NCBI RefSeq assembly: GCF_006345805.1
Contig: NC_042997.1
Span: 201,748,001 to 201,812,000 of the forward strand
Reading direction: 5' to 3'
Length of the DNA: 64,000 bases
Source of the DNA: Octopus sinensis
Taxonomy: Eukaryota
The notes beneath the pieces were generated by a model. That model saw only the letters and a list, made by a program, of their open reading frames with translations, was not told the origin of the DNA and did no database searches. Below are positions 36,505-50,684 of the stretch, piece after piece (the first letter of the stretch is position 1; each line of letters begins with the position of its first letter). The translations under genes were made by a program, and so were the position numbers.

Positions 36505-37065
36505 TAAAAGGTACCACTCGAGCATGATCGTTACCAGCGTCGCCTTACTGGCACTCGAGCCTCGTGCTAGTAGGGTATTAAGAGCACCATCCGAGCGTGA
36601 TCGTTGCCAGAGCGGCTATCTGGCCTCCGTGCCGGTGGCACGTAAAAGACACCATTCGAGCGTGATCGTTACCAGCATTGCCTTACTGGCACCTGTGCCG
36701 GTGGCATGTGTAAAAAGATTCGAGCAAGGTCGTTGCCAGTACTGCCTGACTGGCCCCGTGCCGGTGGCATGTAAAAGCACCCACTACACTCTCAGAGTGG
36801 TTGGCATTAGGAAGGGCATCCAGCTGTAGAAACTCTGCCAGATCAGATTGTGCCTGGTGCAGCCTCTGGCTCACCAGTCTTCAGTCAAACCGTCCAACCC
36901 ATGCCAGCATGGAAAGCAGATGTTAAACGATGATGATGATGATTAGAAATGACAACAGCTTCAATATTGAAGCCTGGTGCAACCATCTGGTTCGCCAGTC
37001 CTCAGTCAAATCGTCCAACCCATGCCAGCATGGAAGGCGGACGTTAAACGATGATGATGAAGACA
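36505..37065 (+). mobile_element. SINE S3 with four tandem ~65-bp 5' modules and a duplicated 3' end
   Basis: Repeated cgagcgtgatcgtt(a/g)ccag...gtgccggtggca(c/t)gt. Confidence 0.85.
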
Positions 37066-37735
37066 GCCATGTCTTCACCTATTATGTTGTTTTTTTCTTT
37101 CCTTTTTCCTGTTATGATGGAAAAGAGTGGACACGGACTGAAAATTCTGAGACCGTAATCAATAATTATGTCCGCTTTGTCTTCTTTTGCACATCAGATT
37201 CCCTCCATAGATAATTAATGAAAACACAAACTTGACTGACAAGGAGTTGACATTATATTCTATTCTTCAAAGATGCTCCATAGCATTTATTGCTATAATA
37301 ATTTCTCAAATTTAATTTTCTTTTTGAAGGAAGAGTGTGTGATGTTGTGTATGTGTGGGTGCATGCCTGTGTGTGTGTTTGTGAGAGAGAGAGAGAGAGA
37401 AAGAAAGAAAGACAGAGACAGAGTGATTGTGTGTGTTCAAAGACATTAATGATTTAAATAAGAAAAAAATTTAAAATTCACTCCACATTCCTTTCAACAA
37501 TGGCACAGCTATGAAATTGTGTATTTTTAGAGACTTTTCACCATTAAATCTAGTCTAAGGGCTGTGTACAGTTAAATGAGGTGCTTTAGCAGAACGACAG
37601 AGGGTAAAAGAATAACAAAGAATAATTGGCAAGAGTTCCTTTAAAATTGAAAATAGAATGGACTTGTTACAAAGAATTCTTCCTGTTTCTTCTTCCATCA
37701 CAGTTTAAAGCTAGGCAAAGGTTTGAAAATATTTA

Positions 37736-37957
37736 TTAACCCTTTCGTTACTGTATTTATTTTGTGATGCTCTGTGTTTCTTTCAATTCCTTTAAATATA
37801 ACAAAGAATTTAGTAAACTAGCTTAGTTATCATTCAGCTAGTGTTAGGAACATAAATTGTGACTAAGGTTTGGTGGAAGATTTTAATTCAGAACATATGA
37901 AAGCAAGATATTTGTACTCAGAGCCTGTTTCAGCCGGGTTGGTAATGAAAGGGTTAA
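37736..37957. mobile_element. piggyBac-type MITE (same family as 26056-26280)
   Basis: TTAA TSD, CCCTTTCGTTAC/GTAATGAAAGGG TIRs. Confidence 0.9.
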
Positions 37958-38734
37958 AGAAAGGTTTGGCAATAAAGATAATGTTTCTTCTTTATTTTTC
38001 TGGATGATACCAGAGATGTGTGTGTGTGTGTGTGTGTGTTTATATGTATTATCTTCATTTTAACGCCTGTTTTTTTTTTTATGCTTGCATGGATGGGATG
38101 GGTCTTTTGCAGCAGAGTTGTACTTCCAAACTTCATGGTTTCAAGTTCAGTTCCACTGCATGGCACCTTGGCCAAGTGTTTTCTATTACGGCCTTGTGAG
38201 TGGATCTGGGAGACAGAAACTGAAAGAAGCCCATATACATCACTGCTTGGCATGATGTGGTTTTTGTCTAAGAGAACATCTCTTCCATGGATTATAGTTT
38301 TATTGAACTAGGCACAAATTATGTATGCGTATGTTATATACATGCATATATATATATATACATATATATACATACATATATACATATATATATATATTCT
38401 TTTAGACAATAGACACCCCTTCTCTCACTCTAACACTTTCAACATTATACCAAACTATATTTAAAGAAGACTTCAACAAACTATCTCCAGACATATCTTG
38501 ACCCTCAGACAGAAGATAAACTGTTTTTACTTCAAACTTTTATGAATTTTTACTGATATTTGATAAGATGAGATACATTGAAACTGGTAATATTTTTTTT
38601 AAATAATTTTTTATTAAATTCCCTCTGAAACTGAAATGTCTTAGCCTTCTGTGCTATTTCCACCTCCATCTTTTATATATAAAAATTTGATTTGCATAGA
38701 TCTCTAATCTTTTTTCAGCTATTTTTCAATATGT

Positions 38735-38955
38735 GACCTTGTGAGTACCGCTGGCGATTTTTTTTTTTTTTTCTTTCCTCTGTCTTCCCTTCTCAGGATC
38801 TTTCCTTCTCCTATGTTTCTGACGAAGAGCTCCGCTTGAAACGTTAACCCTTCTTCCCTTCTTTCCTGAGCGTCCAATAATACTTTATTTGTTCCACGTC
38901 CTCGTGTTGTTGTGTTTTTTTGTTTTTTTGTGTTTTCTTGTTTGGATTAACTTTA
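38735..38955 (+). mobile_element. Short PLE-like element with hammerhead motif
   Basis: Contains the core at 38815-38848; ends in a T/G-rich tail then (TA)n. Confidence 0.55.
38815..38848 (+). ncRNA. Minimal hammerhead ribozyme-like motif
   Basis: GUUU-CUGACGA-A-GAGC-UCC-GCUU-GAAA-CG-UU-AAC; AACGUU palindrome; stem I only 2 bp in this copy. Confidence 0.65.
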
Positions 38956-39769
38956 TATATATATATATATGTATAGAATGTAAGGAGCTTAATTCACTGG
39001 TGACCTAAACAAATAGGTACACCGAGTAAGTACTATAAGTGGTCATCCATTCCTCAAGTCATTTATAATAATTTAATTAGAGTAAAATTAATTTGAAGTC
39101 TTACAGCTGTTTCTGGGGTATCCCAGATGATAGGCTAGCATGTTCATACATTGGGTATTCCATCATCAGAGACAAGTTGAGTATATTTAAAAAAGTTCTA
39201 GATAGGGAAATGAGAAATTCACAGTTTATAAAATGTTGTCTAGATCAATAACTGCATCTATAACACAGCAGCAGTAGTAACAATAATCCTTTCTTCTATA
39301 GGTACAAGGCCTGATATTTTGCGGGAGGGGAATAGTTGAGTATATCAACCCCAGTGTTCAACTGGTACTTATTTTATCGAGCCCAAAAGGAAGAACGGTA
39401 AAGTCAACCTCAACAGAATGTAAAAAGAGATGAAATGCCTTTAAGAATTTCATCTGGTGTGCTAACAATTCTGCCAGCTCGCTGCCAATGGTTTCAAATT
39501 TTAGTGCAAGATTCGCAATAATATGTTTGGGAGAAGAGAGTTAGATAATTACTTCAAACCCCAGTTCTTGATTGTTACGTAATTCCCTAACCCTAACCCA
39601 ATTCTCTAACCCTAACCCTGAAAAGTAACGTTTACTTTGGTTGGATTTTAAAGTAAGACCTGGAAGAAATGCTGTTAAGCATTTTATAAAACATACTAAT
39701 GATTCTGCCATCTTGCACCTCAATGATAATAATGATAATAATTACATTCTGCTATTGAATATATTAGCT

Positions 39770-40475
39770 AGAACTAGCTGTTCATAACACACAATGTGCA
39801 TTACCCTAAAAGTAATACTGACAAACTCTACTTAGGAAGAAAAATGCAAGAAGAATGTTAAATGCAAAAGACAGTGTTAGTACTGGGATATTGGGTTTGG
39901 AAAAGCTATGTTGTACATAGTGAAGAAAGACTGCTATCTGCAACTAAAAATATCCAAAAAAGTCTCTGAAACAGTTGGAGAATTCAAATATAGAAGGAAG
40001 AACAATAGGTCAACTAACTAGAAAGAGAAGGAATTACATGGCCAATTTATGCAACAAACCAATGATGTTGGAATTAAAGAAGTTTTGTGTCTGATGGATG
40101 GAAACCTGAAGTGAAAAACTGAATTGTTGATTATAGCTGTTCAGGAACAAGCTGTTAGAAGAAATTTGGTGAAGTCAAAGATTGATAGAACTTGGAGGGC
40201 AAATGCAAAATGGGAAAGGAGACAAAAGTATGAACACTCACCTAAGTGAATGCAGCAAGCTAGCACAAAACAATTATAGAGGCATGATTGTATCTGTAAA
40301 TGAGTGCATTGGGATTTTAGTTGATGTATTGATTCCAAGTAACAGAAAAACGTTATGAACATGAGCCAGAGGCTGCGATGGTGAAATCACAGGATTTTAT
40401 GGGATTCCTCCATCAAGATGAACTATTGAAGCAAGGAGACCAGATATGATTGTAGATGACAAAAGAAATATTTTA
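39770..40475 (+). pseudogene. R4/Dong-clade non-LTR retrotransposon remnant (post-RT, zinc-knuckle and REL endonuclease region)
   Basis: Decayed HYPKSNTDKLYLGRK, YVVHSEERLLSAT, ELHGQF, IAVQEQAVRRN, CSKLAQ, YEHEPE, TIEARRPDMIV motifs. Confidence 0.8.
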
Positions 40476-43400
40476 TGATACTGATAATCTATTTTAAAAT
40501 GGTAGAGTTAGAAATGAAGACTTGGCTACTATTTCTAGCAGGTCAAGTGGCTGTGTGGAAGTTCCCCTATTGGCTTGTTAAACTTAAGCTGTTTTCATTA
40601 ACCCAAAGCATGCTAAGAAGTATTGATTAATATAAATCTCTGTACATTTATATTTAACATGTTTGTGTGCACTCAAACATGGAAAGACCTTTATTGTAGT
40701 AACTGTCAAAGAAGAGAAATTCATTTTGTAGATAATGCAAGTGAAAATATCCTGAGCTGGTCTATGACATCATCAGATTGTAGAATGCTTGTTTCTGCAT
40801 TGTTGTGTTTCATAAACCACAAGCACTAAATCTGTTCATAGCCCGCTAAGATCTACCATTATTATCATATAAATCATAAATTTGCTGGTGTGTGCAAAGC
40901 TTTGTCAAGCTGGTGTTGCTAATTGAGAACAGCAACTTTTTAGAAGGGAATTGAATCCTAAAATTGAATTTCCCTTTATTTTGCTAATAGCTACTTTAAC
41001 ATGTTTTTATTGCTGTTGTTAAATCAATATCACTGTGTTTCTGTTTTTGTTGTTGTTGTTTAGGTCGATTAGTTAAAGCTGTGTTTCATATTATTAATTT
41101 GATCCCTATGGCTTTTTCACGAAGCTCCTCTATTTGTTCATGATCTCTCTTTTGCTGGGCTTTTATTTTTTTTCATTGTTTGGTGGAAATATAAGAGATT
41201 GCCCTGCAGCCTTAGGAAAAGGTTTAATTAAAAAAAAAATACAAAAAACGGAAGTGTTGAAATCCAAATGTAAACACCTCTTGACGATATAAATTTTATA
41301 AAATTCCTTGACTGGAAGTAGCTGCTATTACTGCTAAAATTTTCCTGCAATAATCACGTAAATATCAGTGTTTTCATCAACGTAAGCAAATGTCTGTAAG
41401 CAATGTTTGTAACTATTGTCAAAAACATCTATTAATGATTAAATAGGCACATGTGTGTGCTAAAAAAGTTGCTTCTTAACTACTTGATTCTGGGTTCAGT
41501 CCCACTGCATGGCACTCTGGATGTCTCCTGCTATAGTCTTAGGCCAGTCAAGGCATTGTGAGTGGATTTGACAGAAGGAAACTGAAAGAAGCCCATATAC
41601 GTGTGTGTGTGTCTGTGTTTGTCTTTCACTGCCACTTGACAACCGGTGTTGGTGTGTTTACATCCCTGTAACTTAGCTGTTCTAAAAGAAACTCATAGAA
41701 TAAGTACCAGGTTTTAAAAGATAAGTACTGAGGTTAAATCATTTCACAAAAAATTCTTCAAGGTGTAGCCCCAGCATGACCGTGATCTCATGTCTGAAAC
41801 AAATAAAAGATTAGGAATGGATGAGTGTTGGTGTGTCTACAAATGCATGTGTATACAGCACACATCGTCTTTACCATTACCACCACATCTGCTTTTCCAG
41901 GCTGGCATGGGGTTTTGAGACTAATTTACTTTCAGATGCCTTTTCCTGAGGCTGACACTTTCAGTTACTTCTTACAAAATATGGACACACACACATATAT
42001 CTAGGTGATGTTTATTCATGTGCCTCAGTAAAAGGCTCCACCACCTTCCCCTGGTGCATCCTCTTGAATAATTTGTGAGTGAACAAGAGAAAAGAAAGGT
42101 TGAAGGATTTCTTTAGTCCTGCCTCACCAAGGATTAGAAAACCTCTCTGGTGCTGGTGCCTTGACAAAATGCACTCTGGAAGCATTGTAAAATGCTTGGC
42201 AAACATGCACAGAAAACAGGGTTGAATGGGTCTTTTAATTTTGTCTTAAAGAAGACCTGAGAACTCCCCTTGTGCTCGTGCCTTAACAAAATGCACCCAG
42301 TATTTTCCATTAGGTGGTCATATATAAATAATTGGTATATGTATGTCCTGGTATACATATATTTTGGTGTTGTGACAAGATTATGCTCTGCTTCTGCAAT
42401 GTTTGTGGGTGTTTGTATATGTATGTGTGCATGCATTTATATGTGTGTGTGCATGGATGTATGCTTGTTTAAGTGTATGTGTCTCCTTGTTTTGACATCA
42501 GGGAATAGCTTTGCCATCAAACAAATAGTGTCTCTTGTTTCTAGTCTTCAGGGAAAACCTGTCCAGCCACAGGAAAAAAAATATCTTGCTTAGAAACAGG
42601 TGAAGTTTGGTGACAGGAAAGGCATCTGGCCATAGAAAAGTCTGCCTTGGTGAGTTACATCTGATCTGCTCAAGCATAGAAAAGTAGATGTTAAGCCAAT
42701 ACTTTTAGTCTGATTTTGTTGAGGTTATTCTGATTTGTGGTTTGCATTGTAATAAAACATTTACGGAACCGACATAGATTAGTTTAAATGTAGCATTGCT
42801 GAGTATGAAAATCTTGTGTCCTTTGAAAATTCTCTTAGTGGGCATTTTAGCAAAAATCTGAAAATCTCATTTGTTCCTATGCTTCTTTTTGAAGCTAATA
42901 AAATTTGACATGTGTAACTACTAAGCTATTGTATCTCTCCACTTCCTAATAAAAATACTGCTTCATTTGTCAAAATAAGCTATATTACGAAATAATAGAA
43001 TTGTCATTCAAATAATAGGAACAGCTGCCTCAATTTTACCTGTAAAATAGATATGTATGTTTGCAGTTAGCTTCTAAAACTTAGCAGCTAGAATATAACA
43101 CTTTTATCATACATGCTTTAAAAAAGAAAAGATCTCTATTATGTAAATTTTTGCTTTTAAATAGCGATTCGGATTGTCTTTTACTGTTTTTTATTCTGGT
43201 AGATATATGAAATTTAATTAGATTGCATGTTAATTACTGCTAGCATCCAATATAAACTTATGGTGCATTCTTATCATTCTACTTTGCAATGGTTTCTCAT
43301 CCTTAGTTATTTTGTCAGATTTTAAAATTATATCAAGATAAGGATGACATGTGTTTTTAATTAAATCATTACTGCTTTCGAAGCTGTATATCAGCTAAAT

Positions 43401-44364
43401 ATGCATTGTTTAATAAACGCAGCTTTTCTTAACTATCAAATTATTTCTTACAATGTTAAATGAAAAAAGAAGTAAAATTGACAGCTAAGCTCATAAACTA
43501 CGAGGAAAGCTCCTCACTGAGTTAATTATTTGAGCTGTATTTACTGGAGTATCAAATGATATTGTTAATTAATAGAAACAAAGTAAACAACTAATATATT
43601 GCACATACGTGTGTGTTATTAACGAATATATTACTTACAGGATCCGTGAATACTCTTGACTCTTAGCAGTGTACAAGGCGACCCCTTTTTATGTTGGTGT
43701 CAATAAAGAGGAAAGGCATCTAATGAGAAACAAAGGCAAAATGAAAAGTACAAATACCAGGCTAAGAGAATAGTGTCTCTCAGTAAGAACTGTCTCAGAC
43801 TGCGATGGGAGACATAAGATGATGATGATGATGATGGAGGTGATAGTGATGATGATGACTCACAATACTGCAGTATTGTATCTATAAATTTATGTACCAA
43901 TCGGAGCAATATAATATTACCCTTTTGAAGAGATACTTAATCTCTTTCTGGCAGAATTAACGATTAGTCATATATTTTCTCACCATTAGTCTTTAAGAAA
44001 TTCCTACAAGTGGCTTGTAATTATTTCAAACTGTCTTGGTCATTTCAATGAATAAGAAAAGGATTGATTGAAAAATCGTAGAACCAAAGGGTTTTTCTGA
44101 GATTTTATTCTTTTAAGTTGAAAATGATCAATGCTTGTATGATGGTGTTGCTTGTTGACAATAATTGTATGATGTTAAAAAAAAAACAAAGGTATACTCA
44201 GACACACACAAACTTCTTTCAGTTTCTATCTGCTTTATCCATCCACAAAGCTTTAGAAAGACATTTGCCCAATGTGCCAAGGATTAGGGCCATACCAGGA
44301 AAAAACTTCTTAAACACACAGCACCATGCCTGCACCTAACCATATATATATGTGTGTGTGTGGA

Positions 44365-44523
44365 CAAGAGTGGCTGTGTGGTAAGTAGCTTGCTTACCAA
44401 CCACATGGTTCCGGGTTCAGTCTCACTGCGTGACATCTTGGGCAAAGTGTCTTCTGCTATAGCCTCGGGCCGACCAATGCCTTGTGAGTGGATTTGGTAG
44501 ATGGAAACTGAAAGAAGCTTGTC

Positions 44524-44565
<42 letters not shown>

Positions 44566-44760
44566 CTGTGTTTGTCCCCCTAGCATTACTTGACAACCGA
44601 TGCTGGTGTGTTACGTCCCCGTCACCTAGCAGTTCTGCAAAAGAGACCGATAGAATAAGTACTAGGCTTACAAAGAATAAGTCCCAGGGTCAATTTGCTC
44701 GACTAAAGGCGGTGCTCCAGCATGACCGCAGTCAAATGACTGAAACAAGTAAAAGAGTAA
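44365..44760 (+). mobile_element. SINE S1, full length
   Basis: High similarity to 5554-5992; an inverted S1 fragment lies just upstream (44200-44340). Confidence 0.9.
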
Positions 44761-45764
44761 ACTATTGATCTACCTGAGGCTATGGCAGACAAAATTTACT
44801 CTTGTGCAAAGTGCCACACTGTGGAATCAAACCCAGAACAACCATGTGGTTGCACAGCAAACATCTTAACCACGCAGCTATTCACTCTTGAGAGTTCCTT
44901 CCCTCCATATGAAAACAGAACCAACCAAGAAAAATAAAAAAAGAAAATTAATGTATGTCTACCAATACATAATGTCAGGCTGAATGATAAAAAAAAAACA
45001 AGAACTGTCCTGAATGATGCATTTCTATATAGTTTTGTATTGCATTCTATATTCCATATGATTTCTTCTTTATCATGGAAAATGCTTTATGCTTAATTAA
45101 CCTATTACTTTAGAATATATTCTCCCATTGCAACTGGGATTATATAGGACTGCTTAACTTACCTCTTGAATATTTTCCATATTTCTTTAGCTTTTTTTAT
45201 GTTAGCTCTTCTTAAAGGTAAATATTTTTACGCTGGCATAGATTAACGTTCAACATAATGTGAATTTCTTGCTACTTGATTTCCAGTGGGGGTATCTCCC
45301 CTCTTTCTTTCTTTTTTTATTTTTGTTTGTTTGTTTGTTTGTTAATGCAAACCACTTATCTGTAAAGTTGAAACAGGAACAAGCATCAAAGTTCATACTA
45401 CTTATTTAGGAATCAAACGTTGGGTTCAATAGTTAGAAGTAATTTTCTGAAATATAGACTCAGATATTTAGTGTCACTTAAGTATCAGAATCAGTTCCCA
45501 GTTCTCCATTGCTTATCTTATTAGCTTGTCAGGCAGAGTGATTGAGACTCCACATATCTTCTTAATTGATCAAATTTGTGTAGTATTGATCAGTCATTAA
45601 GTCTTCAAAGCAAATAAATTTTGGAGCTGCTGCACTGCGTAACAATACTGTGGTCTTTTGGGTTTACAGTCTTATTTTTTCTCATCACAGTGGACCTTAG
45701 GGTTTACACCCACATCCTTAAAACATGGATAACTTTAAAAAGATTCATTCAGCATTGTCAGCCA

Positions 45765-45888
45765 TGGCTGTGTGGTAAGAAGCTTGCTTCCCAACCATAT
45801 GGTTCTGGGTTCAGTCTCACTGTGTGCCACCTACAGCAAGTGTCTTCTACAAAATCCTTGGGCCAGTAGATGGAAACTGAAAGAAGCT

Positions 45889-45926
<38 letters not shown>

Positions 45927-46115
45927 GTGTCTAAGCTTGTCCCCCGCTTGGCAACTGATGTTGGTGAGTTTACGTTCCTGTGACTTGGCAGTTTGGCGAC
46001 AAAGACCAATAGAATAGGTACTAAGCTTACAGAGAATAAATCCTGGAGTTGATTTGTTCAACTAAAGGCAGTGCTCCAGCATGGCCGCAGTCAAATGACT
46101 GAAACAAGTAAAGGA
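45765..46115 (+). mobile_element. SINE S1
   Basis: Colinear similarity to other copies. Confidence 0.88.
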
Positions 46116-48002
46116 ATAAAAGGATAGTCTTTTACTTGAAAATGTCAAAGAAACACAACTGCTTCCCCTTACTTCACTGATATTTTGTTCTCTTGCCTTC
46201 AGTCATATGAAGGTCAAAGTTGACCTTAGCAGGATTTGAATACAGAACAAAAGGGGTCAAAATTGAGTACTGTAAAATATTTTGTCCAGCACTGCAGATG
46301 TTCTACCATTGTATTACCTCCTTGCATTATAGGCTTACTGTTATGATGTACAAGGATCCCCCACATTGTGGAAGCATTGCTTTCCTGAAAAAATCTTGCT
46401 TGGAATTCTCTTACACAATTTCAACATGCATTTTGTTACACCAAACCTCCTCCTCATCATCATCGTTTAACGTCCGTTTTCCGCACTAGCACGGGTTGGA
46501 CGCCTCAACCAGGGTCTGGGAAGCCAGGAGGCTGCACCAGGCTCCAGTCTGATCTGGCAGTGTTTCTACAGCTGGATGCCCTTCCTAACGCCAACCACTC
46601 CTAGATTTTATGCAGAAGTCCATGAATGTAGAAATCAGCAGAACAATAGGAGACTGTAGTTCATATTACTAAATCTCATCTTAGACCAATATTTTGGGAT
46701 TTGCAACATCCATTTCATCATTTGTTTTACATTTGTTTTTGCATGCTAGCATGGGTTAGACAAATACTGACTTGAAGCATCAGAGGCAAGGTGGCTATGG
46801 CTTGAATTTTGTTAGATCTCTTATTGTTAAAGCTGGCCTGAAACAAAATGGCCTGGACAAAAACACTGTAAGTCACATCTTTGACTCGTCAAGGATGGCT
46901 TTGGCCTCTTAAGACAAGGGGCCAAGACTAGAACCACTGCAGAGGTATCAACTGTAGCAATTGAATGGCTTTCAGTTACTGGACTTTCTAATTTAACCAA
47001 AATTTATTCACTATCTCTTTGAAATGAATTTTGATGTATTTACTGCAGAATAACAGAAAACCACTGCATATAAGATTTATACTGACAAGATTTATGATAA
47101 TGCGATTTATGGTGAATAAAAAAAAAAACCGGTTATTTTGCAAACAATAGATTATATTATTAAATAGTTTAAAAAATTCTTTTTACCCAAAGAAATTGTA
47201 TGAAATGCTTTAAACTGATTATAAAGATATTTAATGCAGTTTTACTTTAAATATTAGTCATATATAGCTTGTACATGATGCATAATACCTATTTTTCAAT
47301 TGATATTTTTTCCTTTTGTTGTTCAAATGAATAACTCTTCATGGTATGTGAACTTGCACAAGCTTTACCAATTTGGAATGTAACTAAACCAGACTTCTAA
47401 AGTGTTTTACATGGTTTCTTTGAGAGAGAGAGAGATGAATGAATGAATTGTATTGTTTAGAGTATGACATCCAAGATGATTGTTTTGAATTGATTTATTG
47501 AATTCTCCTGCTAAATCTCAAAACGAATCAATATTTTTGTTTTTGTATTTTATTCTAAACTGTATTTTCAAAATATAGTTTCAAAACACTGTGTATGTAC
47601 GCACATTTGTTCTGTCTCTCACACACGCCTGTGCGCACACACACACATTTCTTAATTTCTTATTACTATACAAACATGGTATGTTTTGCTATAATACTGA
47701 GGATGTGTGACAGCTGGCCTAGAGAAACACGTGTATGTTATATAAAACTTAAAAATACTAGTTACATTATCTGCATTTCTTATGACATGGCTCAAACTCT
47801 GCTAAGTAGCTTATCCCTTGATATGATGGTTTTCATACTATGGGAAATAATAGGAGTGGAGAGTGGAATTGGTTACCAAACCCAAATTACTCGGTAACTT
47901 GTGTGTGTGTGTGTGTTCAAGAAATGAGGCTTTTTATTTTGGATATTAAGTTCAGTAATAAATATGGTGTAGAATTTTGAAGTAAAAACAGACATCACAA
48001 TA

Positions 48003-48218
48003 TTCTTTTCTACTCTAGGCACAAGACGCTAAATTTTGGGGGAGGGGCCCAGTCGATTAGATCAACACCAGTATGCAACTGATACTTAATTTATTGACCC
48101 TGATAGGTTGAAAGCAAAGTCGACCTTGGTGGAATTTGAACTCAGAACGTAAAGACAGACGAAATACTACTAAGCATTTCGCCCAGCATGCTAACGTTTC
48201 TGCCAGCTCGCTGCCTTA
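48003..48218 (-). mobile_element. SINE S2
   Basis: Reverse complement of S2 with the gtgcctagagtagaaaagaat tail. Confidence 0.88.
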
Positions 48219-48967
48219 GACATCCCAATATTTGAAGTTTCATTATAGAGTTTCATGTTTGTACCTCTTCAATTCCTTCATTTTGAAGTTTTGTACATCT
48301 TTACAAATTTGTAACAATTCAGATGCTGTAAATTTGAAAATTTCACTTTAAAGATTTATAGTGAATGTAACACCACTCCCACTGCTCTCTCTTTCTCTCA
48401 GACACTAACACTTACACACACACACACATGTTCACTCAAACAATTACTTTAGTATACAATTTGCAGTTTGAATACTGATTAAAACTCATAATATTCTTTA
48501 TATCCCACCTCTTTAGAAATGTAAATTTATGCAGTCTACTTCAATCCAATTTGTGTATTTGTTAAATATTTTGGCTGTCAGAAGCAACTGTAAATGTATC
48601 TAACATTATTTTTTGTGTTTTGTGTTGTTGCTGTAAAATCTAAAATTTCTGAAATTTATCTTAAGTTTGATTATAGAGTTCATAGAGATTTTAATTATAC
48701 ATTTTTGTTTATCAATAACCTGTTAAAGCAAGTTTGTTATTTTTAATCATTTATTTATCTATTTTAGCTATTTTCTTTTATTTTTGTTTGTTTTCCAACC
48801 CACTTTTTGCAGAAGACTATTATTGCTTTACTGTTGGGTATATAGTAAGTTTAAAAATATATATTCATTTCTATCAGAAAACAAATCTGTTTCTGTTCAT
48901 AGACTCGATGATCTGATATTTCATGATACAATCATTTGAAATAAAATATGTAATTAAAAGAACATGT

Positions 48968-49126
48968 AGGAGTGGCTGTGTTGTAAAGAAGCTTGCTTCC
49001 CAATTACATGGTTCCGGATTCAGTCCCACTACATGGCATCTTGGGCAAGTGTCTTCTACTATAGCCTTGGGCTGACTAAAGCCTTGTGAGTGGATTTGGT
49101 AGACGGAAACTGAAAGAAGCCTGTCG

Positions 49127-49159
<33 letters not shown>

Positions 49160-49352
49160 TTGTGCTTGTCTTAGCATTGCTTGACAACCGATACTGGTGT
49201 GTTTACGTCCCCGTAACTTAGCGATTCGGCAAAAGAGACCGATAGAATAAGTACTGGGCTTACAAAGAATAAGTCCCGGGTCGATTTGCTCAACTAAAGG
49301 TGGTGCTCCAGCATGGCCGCAGTCAAATGACTGAAACAAGTAAAAGAGTAAA
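48968..49352 (+). mobile_element. SINE S1, full length
   Basis: Colinear similarity to other copies. Confidence 0.9.
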
Positions 49353-49367
49353 GAATATGTATATACA

Positions 49368-50236
49368 CTAGCCGTTGTACCCAGCATTGCTCAGGTTTTC
49401 TGTGTTAAGGATAAACCTATGCCATTGTAACTGTTGCTTGATGAAATTTCTTTCTGAATCTTAAGGATGACGTCATGTTCGAAGTACTTTAGTTTAGCAG
49501 AAGTACCCGATAATTCCCAGGTTGATTGGAATATAGCTCAATTGCACGCAAAATGTCTATTAGTTTTATAATATTCCCCAGCTCACATGCAATCATCGAT
49601 TTTTTTTTTGTCAACTCTGCATGCTGCATGCAACTTATAGACCTGAACTGTAATCATGTGTAACTTATCTTAAAAATCGATAGAATAGCCTCTGAAAAAA
49701 TCTGGTACATGCTTGTGCCCTTCCGATTCCTCTGAAGTTAAATTAAAACCTTTACCGTCTCTCCTGCCACAAAATTTACCTACAACTCAAATTTCATTAA
49801 AATCGGATGAAAAATATAAAAGTTATGGCCAAAAATAAAATCTCTATGGGTATTTGCACGTAAAAGCCTATTGATTTTATAAAACCACTGCTGAGGTGCA
49901 ATTATCGATTTTTTTGTCAACGCCATATACTGGCATCAACTCACTGCCATGAGCCTTGCTCACTCATCGATTTTCATCAAAATTGGACAAAAAATGCAAA
50001 AGCTGCAGGAGAAATGACATCGTTATGGGAATTTCCATTCAAATGCCCAATTGAGCTCACAAGAATTGATGCCAACTGAGCATTATTAAATTTTCGAAAA
50101 ATTCTGGCCTTGTTTGAACTTCAGGGTATGTGATCTGCCTATGTGCCAAAAATCATTAAAATCGGTTGGACGGTATGGGAGGAGTTAGAGTAACCCCAAA
50201 CACACAGACAGAGAGACACCATTATACATTTATAGA
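49368..50236 (-). mobile_element. Non-autonomous Helitron
   Basis: Minus strand starts A|TCTATAAATG and ends cctgagcaatgctgggtacaacggCTAG|T (decayed hairpin + CTAG, A|T target); internal aaaatcgg/atcgatttt repeats. Confidence 0.75.
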
Positions 50237-50684
50237 TTGGAGCCTAGTGCAGCCATCTGGTTCGCCAGTCCTCAATCAAATCGTCCAACCCATGCCAGCA
50301 TGGAAAGCAGATGTTAAACAATAACGATGATGATGATGATGTATATATTTGTATGTATCTGTTTTTGTATCCCCTCCATCACTTGACAACTGATGTTGGT
50401 GTGCTTATGTCCCCGTAACTTAGTGGTTCAACAAAAGTGGCCAACAGAATAAGTACTAGGCTTACAAAGAATAAATCTTGGGGTCGATTTGTTCAACTAA
50501 AAGCAGTGCTCCAGTATGGCCGCAATCAAGTGACTGAAATAAGTAAAAGGATAAAAGAATAATAGGATTGTCGACATTAAGAATGTCTAGTTTCAAGCCT
50601 TCCTGTGACTAAACATCTGGTATAAGAACAACAGTGTTTATTTCATGATCTGTTGATAACAAATTCTGTTATGATAATTCTTTC

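Noticed and set aside
39585-39620. Interstitial telomere
   Set aside because: Only a few CCCTAA units; more likely a MITE fragment
45163-45210. Possible minus-strand exon RANIKKAKEIWKIFK with a GTAAGT donor
   Set aside because: Weak acceptor, AT-rich, no recognisable homology
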